A DNA stretch of 40,843 nucleotides from Okamejei kenojei (taxonomy: Eukaryota): the NCBI GenBank assembly GCA_035221665.1, contig CM069157.1, positions 744,001 through 784,843 of the forward strand, given 5' to 3'. A program made the position numbers and the translations under genes. Positions 1 to 13,808 of the stretch are shown one piece after another (the first letter of the stretch is position 1; each line of letters opens with the position of its first letter). The notes under the pieces were generated by a model. The model was not told where the DNA came from. It saw nothing but the letters and a program-made list of their open reading frames with translations, and did no database searches.

Positions 1-589
1 TTTCAACAATCTGACATGACCATTTAACCAAGTACAGCTATACTGGGTTATCGGCTGAAATCTGGGCCAGTTTAGTGTCCGGGAGGTTGCTGGACTGTGT
101 TCATGTTTTCTCTCTCACATTTAAAAATAGTTTGCAATGACCTTAGTATTTCTGGTCATTGTTACAAAAGATGCATCTGGTCTCTGGCATCTCTGGGACA
201 TGGATTACTCGACAAGGTCCAACAAACTGGGTGCAACTTCCTGAAGGACATGGCTCAACTTCAGGAATAAAGAGAATTCCATGGCTACATTTGCAAGGGC
301 GTCTTACATCTTGAGTATGTCAAATAAATTAATAACTTTAAACTATGTATCTGGAGCTGCAGGAAATGTCACTTGCACTAAGAGATATAGATCTTGGCTC
401 ACGAGAAAAGATCGACACAAAATGCTGGAGTAATTCAGTGGGACAGGCAGCATCTCTGGAGAGAAGGAATGGGCGACGTTTTGGGATTTGTTCACTGTTA
501 CCCATCCATAGGTGACATTCTCTCATTCCTAATTCCATTACAGCTCTGCCTGCCCAGTCTTTACGTAAAGGGATTTGCACCAGTTAGTT

Positions 590-770
590 AGTTTAGTTTA
601 GAGATACAGCACTGAAACAGGCCCTTCTGCCCATCGAGTTCGCACCGACCAACAATCCCCGCATACAAGCACAATCCCACACAAACCAGGGACAATTTAC
701 ATTTATACCAAGCCAATCAACATGCAAACCTGTACGTCTTTGGAGTGTGGGAGGAAACCGGAGCACCCGG
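590..770 (-). mobile_element. tRNA-derived V-SINE (HE1-like), 5'-truncated
   Basis: Same family as 10441-10757, with a (CTAAA)n tail. Confidence 0.75.
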
Positions 771-771
771 A

Positions 772-1310
772 GTAGTGTGAGCAGTTTTGGGCCCCATATC
801 TGAGGGGGGATGTGCTGGTGCTGGAGAGGGTCCGGAGAAGGTTTACAAGAATGACCCCAGGCATGAGTGGGTTAACATATGACAAGTGTTTGACAGCACT
901 GGGGCTGTACTCACTGGAGTTTAGAAGGATGAGGGGTAAACAATTGACATTTTCTGAATAATTAAAGGCCAGGATAGAGTGGATGTGGAGAGGATGTTTC
1001 CACTGGTGAGAGAGTCTAGGACCAGAGGCCACAGCCTCAAACTAAAAGGACGTTCCTTTAGAAAGGAGATGAGGAGGAATTTCTTTAGTCAGAGGGTGGT
1101 GAATCTGTGGAATTCACTGTCACAGAAGGCTGTGTAGACCAAGTCAGTGGATATTTTTAAGGGGCAGATAGATAGATTTTTGATTAGTACGGGTGTCAGG
1201 GGTTATGGGGAGAAGGCAGGAGAATGGGGTTAGGAGGGAGAGATACATCAGCCATGATTAAATGGTTGAGTAGACTCGATGGGCCGAATGGCCTAATTCT
1301 GCTCCTATGA
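772..1310 (+). mobile_element. CR1-clade LINE 3' fragment
   Basis: Degenerate ORF2 C-terminus (QFWAPYL...LERVRRRFTRM...LGLYSLE...FFSQRVVNLWNSL) plus a 3' UTR ending GGCCGAATGGCCT. Confidence 0.85.
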
Positions 1311-2054
1311 TGAATGAACATCGGAGCATGAGAGGTTGAGCTGCGACCCGATAAAAGAATATCATGAAAGGCAGATATCGGGGCCTAGATAAACCTTGCT
1401 CCCAGTGTGAAGACGCCATGGTCTGAAGAGCGTAGATTAGAATGAGCGGGCAAAGCTAAAGGGAGATTTGTGAGGCATGGTTTAAAACGTGCGTGGCAGG
1501 TGCCTGAAACATCGTGCCAGGGAAGGTAGAAGCAGGTACTACCGCAGTGTGTAAGAGGCACAGCATGGTGGGAAGAAGGGCCTGTTCCTGTTCCGTACTG
1601 CTCTATGTTCAGTGTTGTGTGTATGATCATCTCATGAGACTGCTTTTACAAAACGGACATTCCTCCACAAGACTACACCCATGGGCTCCACGATGTCATC
1701 TACCTGAATTTTGTTAAAAATCATTAATTAAATAAAAGGAAAATTATGTTTTCCTTTGGCAATTGTTTCAGTCCAAATCATGTATATAAAGTTTGTTGTT
1801 GTGCCAAAAAAGTTCTAACACAAACATGTTTCCCCAGGGGCCTTAACTTCCCATGGAAACGAAACATCAGCCGTGTTTCCCAAAGAAAATCAGTTCAGAG
1901 CCTTGAACTATTGTGGCAGCATTGGAGCAGGAACAATACAGTATCCGGTCACTCCCACTGTGACCACAGTCGTGAGCAGCAGAGCTGTGGGGACATGGTC
2001 GTGGTTGGTGTGGCTAGGCACAGCTTCACTGAGTACCATCACCATACAAGCAGC

Positions 2055-2255
2055 CTGCTTCCTTTATCATTGATACTTTTTTGCATATCTTTCATTCATT
2101 GTTCTTTATCTCTCCACATCACCGTCTATATCTCTCGTTTCCCTCATCCTCAACCAGTCTGAAGAAGGGTCTCGACCCGAAACATCACCCACTCTTTCTC
2201 TCCAGAGATGCTGCCTGACTCACTGAGTTACTCCAGCTTTTTGTGTCTGTCTTCA
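2055..2255 (+). mobile_element. Penelope-like element 3' terminal repeat containing a hammerhead-like motif
   Basis: Aligns by eye to the UTR of the 18960-19415 element; ends in the GATGCTGCCTG...GAGTTACTCCAGC block seen many times in the window. Confidence 0.75.
2159..2186 (+). ncRNA. Putative minimal hammerhead ribozyme motif
   Basis: CUGAAGA-A-[GGGU cucg ACCC]-GAAAC-AUC: conserved hammerhead core boxes around a 4-bp stem II, with an NUH triplet. Confidence 0.6.
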
Positions 2256-2370
2256 CTAGGTAAAGGCAGATCCAGTAACTAGATGACTAATTTAGTTCTA
2301 GTTAATTAGAACTAACTATTGCTCACATCTCAATCATTGTCTCATTGGTTCTCAGAGTCATAGAGCTCTC

Positions 2371-2503
2371 GGTCTGAAGAAGGGTTTCGACCCGATACAC
2401 CACCTATTCCTTCTCTCCAGAGATGCTGCCTGTCCCGCAGAATTACTCCAGCATTTTGTGTCTATCTTCGGTGCAAACCAGCATCTGCAGTTCCTTCCTA
2501 CAC
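2371..2503 (+). mobile_element. Penelope-derived short repeat copy (hammerhead core mutated, GAAA to GATA)
   Basis: GGTCTGAAGAAGGGTTTCGACCCGATAC followed by the family 3' block. Confidence 0.7.
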
Positions 2504-2574
2504 ATGGTTCAGAGCTCAGATACAGTGCGGAGCCTTGTGTAGGCAGTATAAGGGGAGCATGGCTGTGTATTTCA

Positions 2575-3270
<696 letters not shown>

Positions 3271-3959
3271 GTTACAAAATAATAAACTGGCCAATGAGGT
3301 TTCACTAAATTAACAATTAGAATTATGGTCAGTGTGGGCTAGTAGGGCCAAAGGGCCTGTTTCCATTAACTGGGTGGTGGGTGTATGGAACGAGCTGCCA
3401 GAGGAGGTAGGTGAATATTATATTCAGTATATAGGTATATCTGGTAGTATACAGGTACTCAAACAATATTTAAATGACATTTGTACAGGTACACGGATAG
3501 GAAAGGTTTAGAGAGGTGTGGGCCAAACACGGGCAAGTGGGACTAAGTCAGGAAGGCTAGCATGGATGAGGTGGGCCGAACTACCTGGTTCCATGCTGTA
3601 CAATCTTTGCCTCTGTGACTGCTGCCTTACATGGAGATCCGTCTTAATATGATTTAAGTTGTAATTTCTCACAGTTATTTGATGAGACCTGTTCCTGCCA
3701 ATAGCTTCAAATGTTTTCAGGCATTTTCTCCAAGTCCCTGATAACATGTTGGTTACATTACTACACCATGCCATTTGAGAGTTTAAATTTAACCATTGAC
3801 ATGAATCTGGAACTGAACCTGGGGAGGTGTGTGTGAAACTATCAAACTGTCGTTAAACAAAGAATGTGGTTAAAACCTACATCCCCAGAGGGAGCTTCAC
3901 CACCCTGACCTGGTTTAGTCTTTATGTTACTCATTACCTAGCCTTGTTTATAGTTCAAA

Positions 3960-4245
3960 TAGTTCAGAGATACAGCGTGGAAACAGGTCCTTCGGCCCAC
4001 GGATCAGCAGCACGGAGTTCTGCGGGGAGGACCGGCTGGCGATCCCCACACACTAGGGACAATTTACAATTTTACACCAAGGCAAATAACCTACAAACCT
4101 CCACGTCTTTGGAGAGTGGGAGGAACTGGAGCACCCGGAGGAAACCCACGTGGTCAAGGGGAGAACGTGCAAACTCTGTACAGACAGCACCCCTAGTTAG
4201 GATTGGTGCTGTGAGGCAGCAGCTGTATCACTGCATCACTGTGTC
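3960..4245 (-). mobile_element. tRNA-derived V-SINE (HE1-like)
   Basis: Reverse complement of the family consensus, with internal divergence. Confidence 0.75.
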
Positions 4246-4872
4246 GGCTGGTAATGGTTGTGATCTCCACAGAAGCAGCTAGAGATCGCCAGGCACTAAT
4301 CAACAGTTGCCAACACCTCACCCTCAGCACCAGAGCTTTGAGTTTGAGTTCAGTTTATTGTCACGTGTACCGAGGTACAGTGAAAAGCTTTTGTTGCGTG
4401 CGATCCCGTCAGTGGAAAGACAACACATGATTACAATTGAGTCGTCCACAGTGTATAGATACAGGATAAAGTGAATATCATGGAGGACTGGCTGAACCTT
4501 GTTGCCCTCTACCACAGTAAAGAATGTGTGGTGGATGTTTGAGTTAAATTGTATTGTGTACTGTGTGTGCTTGTAAGCGTATCGCTGCTGGCAAATTCAT
4601 TTCACTGCATGTAATGTGCATGAGACAAATAAAATTGATTTTGACTTTGACTTTGAATGTGTAGGAAGGAACTGCAGACGCTGGTTTACACTAAAGATAG
4701 ACACAATATGCTGGAGTAACTCAGCTGGACGGGGAGCATCTCCGGACAGAAGCAATGGGTGACGGGAATAACATGAGTAACGTTCAGTGCCAGTAAAGTC
4801 CGATCAAAGATAATGTTGCCGTGTAGAAGAGTGTAGCGATAATGACGTGTGGTTGCAGGGACCGTGCGTGTG

Positions 4873-5370
4873 ACCAGCACACACTGGCCATGGCTAGACA
4901 CCACTCACTCAAGCCTCACCTCTAGTTACCAGCACACACTGGCCATGGCTAGACACCACTCACTCAGCACCTCACCTCTAGTTACCAGCACACACTGGCC
5001 ATGGCTAGACACCACTCACTCAACGCCTCACCACTCACTCAACGCCTCACCTAGTTACCAGCACACAATGCCATGGCTAGACACCCCCAACAATTACCTC
5101 TAGTTGGGCCAGTAGCATGTATCACCCTCACCTCTACAGTCCGGGACACCACTCACTGTTACCAGCACACAATGGCCATGAAGCTAGACCAGCTAGACAG
5201 GACACACACAATGGCCCTCACCTCTAGTTACCACACAATGCTGGCTAGACACCACTGACCATTAACACAAGCTACTTACAGTAGCATTGTATCACACAGT
5301 CCGGGCATGAAGTCCAGCTAAAGGACACTGCCACAGCTTTGACCATTAACACCCAAGCTACTTACATGTT
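4873..5370. repeat. ~55-bp degenerate tandem repeat ACCAGCACACACTGGCCATGGCTAGACACCACTCACTCA..CCTCACCTCTAGTT
   Basis: Units start at 4873, 4928 and 4984; later copies are scrambled. Confidence 0.85.
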
Positions 5371-5529
5371 GAAGGAAGTGAGCTTGACAAAGTTACTCTT
5401 CAATGAAGCCGTTAACGGGTTTAATCCGGTGACTCCAACCGCAGTGGAGATCAAGTACCCAATTGTTCCACCAAATTTGACAGCCTGATGTCGGCCGGAC
5501 CACATCGAGGTAGATCACGGTGCAGCACG

Positions 5530-5830
5530 CCGGCGCAGCGGGTAGAGCTGCTGCCTCACGGCGCCAGAGACCCGGTTCCACCCTGACTATAGGTGCTGTC
5601 TGTGTGGTGTTTGCACGTTCTCCATGTGACCTGCGTGGGTTTTCTCCGGGTGCTCCGGTTCCCTCCCACACTCCAAAGACATACAGGTTTGTAGACTAAT
5701 TGCCTTGGGTAAAAACTGTGAATTGTCCCGAGTGTGTGTAGGATAGTGTGAGTGTGCGGGGGTCGCTGGTCGGTGCGGACGCGGGGGGCTGAAGGGCCTG
5801 CTTCCGCTCTGTATCTCCAAACTAAACAAA
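5530..5830 (+). mobile_element. tRNA-derived V-SINE (HE1-like)
   Basis: GGCGCAGCGGGTAGAGCTGCTGCCTCAC head, V-domain TTTGCACGTTCTCC...CTCCGGTT..CTCCCAC, CTAAA tail. Confidence 0.85.
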
Positions 5831-6144
5831 ACAAAGCCGTCACCTCTTGTGCCATCTCTGGAGACAGGGTCAGCAGCACGGAGGTCTGCGGGGAGGACCG
5901 GCGGCGATAGTGGAGTGGTCAATGATGGCACTGACCGACCGACCGACCGACCGACGGACAAGGACGGACACATGGAAGTTTGGACACCGCTGCCGGGGGA
6001 AGGAAGAAAGGAGGACTTGGTGGGGGGAGGGGGGAGAACCAAGGGGGACCCAGCGTGGAGGGGAGGGGGGCGAAATTTGTAACTTTGTAAGTGGCCTTTA
6101 TGGGCGAATATTTGCACACCTTGGGTACACAGACAAAGACTCAC

Positions 6145-6550
6145 TTTACAAGAATGATTTCAGGAATGAGTGGGTTAACCTATGATGAGCGTTTGTCGGC
6201 ACTGGGCCTGTACTCGCTGGAGTTTAGAAGAATAAGGGGGGGACCTCATTGAAACGTACAGAATAGTGAAAGGCTTGGATAGAGTGGATGTAGAGGTGAC
6301 TAGAGGTCACAGGCTCAACATTGGAAGGATGTTCTCTTTGGAAGAAGATGAGGAGGAATTTCTTTAGTCAGAGGGTGGTGAATCTGTGGAATTCTTTGTC
6401 ACAGAAGGGTGTGGAGGCCAAGTTAATACGGGTGTCAGGGGTTACAGGAGGAAGGCAGGAGAATGGAGTAAGGAGGGAGATAGTTCATCCATGATTGAAT
6501 GGCGGAGTAGATTTGATGGGCCGAATGGCCTAATTCTACTCCTATCACTT
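6145..6550 (+). mobile_element. CR1-clade LINE 3' fragment
   Basis: Homologous to 772-1310. Confidence 0.85.
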
Positions 6551-6586
6551 ATGACGTGACAATAAAGTATTAATTCATTCATTCAT

Positions 6587-9500
6587 CACTCCATGTCCCA
6601 CACTCCATGTCCCACTCTCCATGTCCCACTCTCCATGTCCCACTCTCCATGTCCCACTCCATGTCCCACTCCATGTCCCACACCCCACTCCATGTCCCAC
6701 TCCATGTCCCACACTCCATTCCCATGTCCCACTCCACCCACACTCCATGTCCCACACCCACTCCATGTCCCACTCCATGTCCCACTCCATGTCCCACTCC
6801 ATGTCTCCATGTCCCACACACTCCATGTCCCATGTCCCACTCCATGTCCCACTCCAGTCCCACTCTCCATGTCCCACTCCATGTCCCACTCCCATGTCCA
6901 TGTCATCCCACTCCATGTCCCACCCACACTCCATGTCCCACTCTCCATGTCCCACACTCCATGTCCCACACTCCATGTCCCACTCCATGTCCCACTCTCC
7001 ATGTCCCACACTCCATGTCCCACTCTCCATGTCCCACTCTCCATGTCCCACTCCATCTCACTCCATGTCCCACACCACTCCATGTCCCACCACTCCATGT
7101 CCCACTCCATCCATGTCCCACTCCATGTCCCACACTCCATGTCCCACACTCCATGTCCCACTCCACTCCATGTCCACTTCTCCATGTCCACTCACCATCC
7201 ATGTCCCACTCCATGTCCCACACTCCATGTCCCACACTCCATGTCCCACTCCCATGTCCCACTCTCCATGTCCCACACTCCATGTCCCACTCCATGTCCC
7301 ACACTCCATGTCCCACACTCCATGTCCCACTCCATGTCTCTGTCCATCCCATGTCCCACTCCATGTCCATGTCCCACTCTCCATGTCCCACACTCCATGT
7401 CCCACTCCATGTCCCACTCTCCATGTCCCACTCTCCATGTCCCACTCCATGTCCCACTCCATGTCCCATCCATGTCCCACTCCATGTCCCACTCCATGTC
7501 CCACTCCCATGTCCCACTCCATGTCCCACTCCATGTCCCACACTCCATGTCCCACTCCATGTCCCACTCCATGTCCCACTCCATGTCCCACACTCCATGT
7601 CCCACTCCATGTCCCACACTCCATGTCCCACTCTCCATGTCCCACACTCCATGTCCCACTCCATGTCCCACACTCCATGTCCCACACTCCATGTCCCACA
7701 CTCCATGTCCCACTCTCCATGTCCCACACTCCATGTCCCACTCCATGTCCCACTCTCCATGTCCCACTCCATGTCCCACTCCATGTCCTCTGTCCCCACT
7801 CCATGTCCCACTCCATGTCCCACTCCATGTCCCACTCTCCATGTCCCACTCCATGTCCCACTCCATGTCCCACTCCATGTCCCACTCCATGTCCCACTCT
7901 CCATGTCCCAACTCCCATGTCCCACACTCCATGTCCCACTCTCCATGTCCCACTCTCCATGTCCCACACTCCATGTCCCACTCCATGTCCCACTCCATGT
8001 CCCACTCTCCATGTCCCACACTCCATGTCCCACTCTCCATGTCCCACTCCATGTCCACTCCATGTCCCACTCTCCATGTCCCACACTCCATGTCCCACAC
8101 TCCATGTCCCACTCTCCCATGTCCCACTCCACTCCATGTCCCACTCCATGTCCCACTCCCATGTCCATCATGTCCCACACTCCATGTCCCACTCTCCATG
8201 TCCCACTCCATGTCCCACTCTGTCCATGTCCATCTCCATGTCCCACTCCATGTCCCACTCTCCATGTCCCACTATGTCCACTCTCCATGTCCCACTCCAT
8301 GTCCCACACTCCATGTCCCACTCTCATCGTCCCACTCCCATGTCCCACTCCATGTCCCACTCTCCATGTCCCACTCCCACCCACTCTCCCATGTCCCACT
8401 CCATGTCCCCACTCCATGTCCATCCATGTCCCACTCCATGTCCCACGTCCCCACTCATGTCCCATTCCCACTCCCCCACTCCATGTCCCACTCCATGTCC
8501 CACCTCCATGTCCCACAACACTCCATGGAACCACTGTCCCACTCTCCATGTCCCACTCCATGTCCCACCTCCATGTCCCACTCTCCATGTCCCACTCCAT
8601 GTCCCACACTCATGTCCCACTCCATGTCCCACTCTCCATGTTCCCACAACACTCCATGTCCCACACTCCATGTCCCCACTCCATGTCCCCACTCCATGTC
8701 CCACACCGAGTCCCACTCCATGTCCCACTCCCATGTCTCTCCATTCCCCACTCCCCATGTCCCACTCTCCATGTCCCACTCCCCCATGTCCCACTCCATG
8801 TCCCACACTCCATGTCCCACTCTCCATGTCCCACACTCCATGTCCCACTCCATGTCCCACTCCATGTCCCACACTCCACACATGTCCCACTCTGTTCCCA
8901 CACACTCCATGTCCCACTCTCCATGTCCCACAATCCATGTCCCACACTCCATGTCCCACTCTGTCCCACTCCCATGTCCCACACTCCATGTCCACACTCC
9001 ACTGTCCCACATGTCCCACTCCATGTCCCACTCCATGTCCCACTTCCATGTGCCCACTCCATGTCCCACTCCATGTCCCCACACTGTCCCATCCGTCCCA
9101 CTCCATGTCCCCACTCCATGTCCCACTCCATGTCCCACTCCATGTCCCACTCCCCATGTCCCACTCCATGTCCCACTCCCCTCTCATGTCCCACACTCCA
9201 TGTCCCACACTCCATGTCCCCACACACATGTCCCACACTCCAGTCCCCACTCTCCATGTCCCACTCTCCGTGTCCCACTCTCCATGTCCCACTCCATGTC
9301 CCACTCCACTGTCCCCCACTCTCCATGTCCCACTCCATGTCCCACTCCATGTCCCACACTCCATGTCCCACTCTCCATGTCCCACACTCCATGTCCCACT
9401 CTCCATGTCCCATGTCCCACTCTCCATGTCCCACACTCATGTCCACTCTCCCATGTCCCACTCTCCATGTCCCACCCACACTCCCCCCAAAATCCCAGTC

Positions 9501-9660
9501 CCACTCTCCATGTCCCACTCTCCACCATGTCCCACTCTCCACTCCACTCCAATGTCCCACTCCATGTCCCACTCCCACCACCCACTCCCATTGTCCCACA
9601 CTCCATGTCCCACACTCCATGTCCCACTCCATGTCCCACACTCCATGTCCCACTCCATGT
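6587..9660. repeat. ~3.1-kb 14/16-bp minisatellite CACTCCATGTCC(CA/CACA/CACT)
   Basis: Visible tandem array; stop-free units explain the >1000-aa ORFs. Confidence 0.97.
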
Positions 9661-9664
9661 GCTA

Positions 9665-9886
<222 letters not shown>

Positions 9887-10440
9887 TCACCTCCGCACAG
9901 CTTCTGGGCCAAGGCTGGACTGTCCAAGGGGGCACCACCCACACAGTGCTCCCTCTCCTCTACAACGTCCTCCAGCCCCCCAACCCCCACCCCCCACCCC
10001 CCCGCCAACCTGGTTTAAACACCTCTTTATCCAGAGGGTGGTGAATCTGTGGAACTCATTGCCACAGAAGGTTTGGAGGCCATCAATGGAGAGGCAGAGA
10101 TAGATAGATCTCTTAAAGCAGAGATAGATAGATTCTTCATTAGTGCGGGTGTCACGGGTTATGGGGAGAAGGCAGGAGAATAGGGTTATGAGGGAGAGAT
10201 AGATCAGCCATGCTTGATTGGTGGAATAGACAAGTCTCCCCGTCAGGATAGTGGTTCCCCTCCACCTCTAGTGCCCATCCCTCTTGTACATGTTCCCTCT
10301 GGTCCAGAGCAGATGCCAATGGTCCCCATGTGTGAATGGCCGCCTCCTGCACCAACTCCTCAGCCACACATTCATCAGCTCCTGTTGTTGGCAGCAGCTC
10401 CGGCAATAATCCCCCGCATGCAATACACACACAGAGAACC

Positions 10441-11018
<578 letters not shown>

Positions 11019-11779
11019 TCAGTAACATAACAATACCTGAGAGATAGAGACACAAGGAACTGCAGGTGCTGGAAACCTGAGCAAAGTGCTGGAGGAACTC
11101 AGCGGGTCAGGCCTCATCTGTGGAGGGAATGGACAGACGACGTTTCAGGTCGGGACCCTTCCTTGGTGTCTCCATTCCCTCTAAGATGCTGCCTGGTACC
11201 TGAGAGATGTCTTAGGCTCCATCGATACCTTTGTATAGATATAGTACAATGCCTGGCTACTGTAAACCACAGCGCAATAAAGGCTTCTCCCTCATTTAGT
11301 CTTTCAAACCCAGTCTAAAGAAGGGTCTCGATCCGAAACATCATCCATTCCTACTCTCCAGAGATGATGCCTGACCCGCAGAGTTACTCCAGCTTTTTGT
11401 GTCTACCTGCGATATTGTCTTTAATCAGTTAAACGTAGCGAGGAAGTGAGGGAGAGACTTTGGCTTCTAGAGAAGAGGACAGGGTTGAGGATGGGCATCA
11501 GAGGGCAGGTGAGGTTCCAGCCAGAGTGACCACCTGATGCTGCTCACACCAAGCTGGTCACCACCAGAGTGTAACCATGCACCTTGTGCCTTGCTTCTGA
11601 AAGGTGCTTCTATTGAAGTTGCTGGATGCCAGGTTGAGCAGCTGAATCAATGTACCCTGGCTCCTGCATGGAGAGGTTGGTGGACATTCTCAAGTCGAGT
11701 TTATTGTGAGACGCACGGCTACAGCTGGGTACAGGGAAAATGTAAGTATTACCTGGTCTTATAGACAGCAAGCAAATGG

Positions 11780-12190
11780 GCCTGAGCTACAGGGAGAGGT
11801 TGGGCAGGCACGAACATTATTCCTTGGAGCGCAGGAGGATGAGGGGCGATCTTATAGAGGTGTATCTTATAAAGGAATAGATTGGGTAGATGCACACTTG
11901 CCCAGAGTAGGTGAATCAAGATCCAGAGGAGATAGGTTTAAGGTGAGGGGGGAAAGATTTAATAGGAACCCGAGGGGCAACTTTTTTACACAAATGGTGG
12001 GTGGGTGTGTGGAACGAGCTGCCAGAGGTGGCTGCAAGTAGCATGATGTTGAAGAGACAGTTGGACAGGCACATGGATAGGACAGGTTTGCAGGGATATG
12101 GGCCAAACGCGGGCAGGTGGGACTAGTGTAACTGGGACATGTAGCCGGTGGGGGCAAGTTGGGCCGAAGGGCCTGTTTCCGCTCTGTATC
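11780..12190 (+). mobile_element. CR1-clade LINE 3' fragment (second subfamily)
   Basis: GESRSRG.RFKVRGERF...NFFTQ; its 3' end GGGCCGAAGGGCCTGTTTCC is shared with the SINE tail. Confidence 0.8.
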
Positions 12191-12672
12191 ACTCTAAAAC
12201 AAAGCTCTTCACTGTACCTCGGTACACGTGACAATAGTTACAGGCGCTGGTTGGCAGGTCCATTACACCTCACCGTGACCACAGTGGTCCACAGCTCCGT
12301 GGACCAGGCTGCTGTAGGTGTGACCTACAATGGGCACGGTGTGAACTCCCCCAACCAGCACCCTCCACCCTGTCCCCCTCCCCCCCCCCTCGTCCTCCTC
12401 CGACCTACCCGACACAACCCAGCACCCCTCTCCAGTCCGAGGGCCCTCCCGGTTGCCCCCCCCTTGTCCCTCCCCCCCTCTGGTTGGGGGGTGTGGTGTG
12501 TGGGTGGGGGGGCCCTCCTGATGGTGGCCCCCCCCCTCCCCCCCCCCCTCCCACCCCTCATCCCCTCCCTCCCCATCCCCCCCTCCCTGTTCCCCCCTGT
12601 TCCCCCTCCCTGCCACTACTCCCCCCTCCCCCCGACTCCCTCCCCGTTGCGCCCCCCCCTCGTGTCACGTAC

Positions 12673-12775
12673 CCTTGGTGGTCTCGCTCTCACGGACCAG
12701 GTAGGATCCGTGCGTGTTCCCCGTTGTCAGCAGCTGCCGTTCCGCATCCTTGCGTCCAGACTCTGGAAGAACCAG
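12673..12775 (-). CDS. lck: Lck SH2 exon 1: WFFQSL(G)[28 protein letters not shown], with an apparent 1-bp deletion near 12756
   Basis: gacag| acceptor, G|gtacgt donor; YLVRES (FLVRES) motif. Length is 103 nt where the flanking phases require 104, and WFFQSL and RKDAERQLL are in different frames. Confidence 0.92.
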
Positions 12776-13110
12776 CTGTCCACAGAGCAAGAGAGAGTCT
12801 AGTTTATTGTCACGTGTACCGAGGTACAGTGAAAAGCTTCTGTTGCGTGCTGACCAGTCAGCGGAAAGACAATATATGATTACAATCGAGCCATTTACAG
12901 TGTATAGATACGGGTTAAGGGAATAATGTTTAGTGCAAGGTAAAGCCAGCAAAGTCGGATCATAGACAGACCAAGCACTATCTGGGTTAGACAGAAAGGG
13001 TCTGGCAGATCAGGGAGAAGGTCCCGGTATGATCGTTCACAGTTTGGGAAACAGACGGTAAACGTGACAATGGCAGAGAGAGTCAGCGAGCGAGCGAGCG
13101 AGCAGCTTAC

Positions 13111-13209
13111 GGTTCAATCCCCAGCGAGTGAGCCTGAGCCACAAAGTTGTATGGGATATATCCTTCTTCTCCAGTCACCGTCGACACAGCTTTCCACCAC
13201 TCTCCCTCC
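13111..13209 (-). CDS. lck: Lck SH3 exon 2: [33 protein letters not shown]
   Basis: tacag| acceptor, |gtaagc donor, 99 nt; WW and GYIPxNFV SH3 motifs. Confidence 0.95.
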
Positions 13210-13297
13210 CTGTACACACAGGACCATGGTATTAATGAATCATCCAACAATCTGTAACATCTTCACATCAAACCGTGCTTAACCCCGCACACTAGAT

Positions 13298-13590
13298 TGG
13301 AGATACAGCGCGGAAACAGGCCCTTTGGTACAGCGAGTCCGCACTGACCAGCGATCCCCGCACACTAACACTATCCCACACTCACTAGGGACAATTTACA
13401 ATTTTACCCAAGCCAATTAACCTACACACCTGCACGTCTTTGGAGTGTGGGAGGTAACTGGTGCACCCGGAGAAAACCCACGCGGTCACAGGGAGAACGT
13501 GCAAACTCCGAACAGACAGCACCCGTAGTCAGGATGGAGCTCGGGACTCTGGCGCTGTGAGGCAGCAGCTCCACCCGCTGCACCACCGGG
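13298..13590 (-). mobile_element. tRNA-derived V-SINE (HE1-like)
   Basis: Reverse complement of the family consensus. Confidence 0.85.
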
Positions 13591-13808
13591 CCACATAACT
13601 CCCTCAGGCAAACTTTGTACAAAATGTTTGATCTCCAAAGGAAACAAATAAACAAATAATCGATCTTGCAACTCTTCCTGTTTCAAGGAACTGCAGTAAT
13701 GGTTACAATCTCTTTGTTTACATTTCCTCCTCACGTTGTCCGTCTTGTCCCTCAGTCAGAGTGCTGGCTGCTCTAATCGCAGCGTGGCGTCTGCCCGACA
13801 CAACTCAC

